Source: Candidatus Xenobia bacterium (lineage in GTDB: Bacteria; Vulcanimicrobiota; Xenobia; Xenobiales; QWHO01). Taken from it: a stretch of 64,000 bases of DNA. The notes below the pieces were generated by a model. The model ran no database searches and was not told where the DNA came from. It saw only the letters and a list, made by a program, of their open reading frames with translations. Within the stretch, counting starts at the first letter, position 1, and every line of letters begins with the position of its first letter. Both the position numbers and the translations under genes were made by a program. The stretch spans positions 1-64,000 of the forward strand of contig BTUM01000019.1 in assembly GCA_045863235.1 (NCBI GenBank), read 5' to 3'. This document shows positions 63,954 through 64,000 of the stretch, piece after piece.

Positions 63954-64000
63954 ACCTTCCCCTCGGGAGAGCTTTCACGGGGCAGGTGGCCCTGACCCGC

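Overview
This is a high-GC, gene-dense bacterial chromosomal window with about 55 CDS. I found no rRNA, tRNA, CRISPR array, integrase or transposase. Left to right it holds: a minor-pilin (PilV/PilW/PilX-like) cassette; two GH13 glycosidases; gap-pgk-tpi-secG; a peptide-ABC binding lipoprotein; metB/metC-iscS-mnmA; a beta-propeller lipoprotein; an EF-G paralogue, ridA and ispE; a DUF3857 protein; peptide-ABC ATPases; a membrane pseudokinase; a ~21 kb outer-membrane/lipid A cluster; an M20 peptidase; a stand-alone LytTR-like protein, fabI and pta; a 2Fe-2S ferredoxin with a DtxR-type box; an osmoprotectant ABC transporter; an SLT-like protein; an S46 peptidase; a NadQ/NrtR regulator; and NPCBM and TPR proteins. 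The cluster layout suggests a diderm Terrabacteria lineage such as Eremiobacterota or Armatimonadota (inference only). The best candidate for an undescribed system is the lipid A locus. It has no recognisable lpxH, lpxI or lpxK in the window. It does carry a 5'-nucleotidase-type phosphoesterase with an LpxH-like GNR motif, a Ste14/LmtA-like methyltransferase, a GnnA-like oxidoreductase, three LpxB-fold proteins, two complementary LpxD paralogues and four Skp paralogues. Non-coding signals include a dispersed REP-like palindrome family (3 copies, two flanking lpxB), a ~190-nt rod-like ncRNA candidate and a possible attenuator after the EF-G paralogue. All family calls come from motif recognition by eye; no database search was run.
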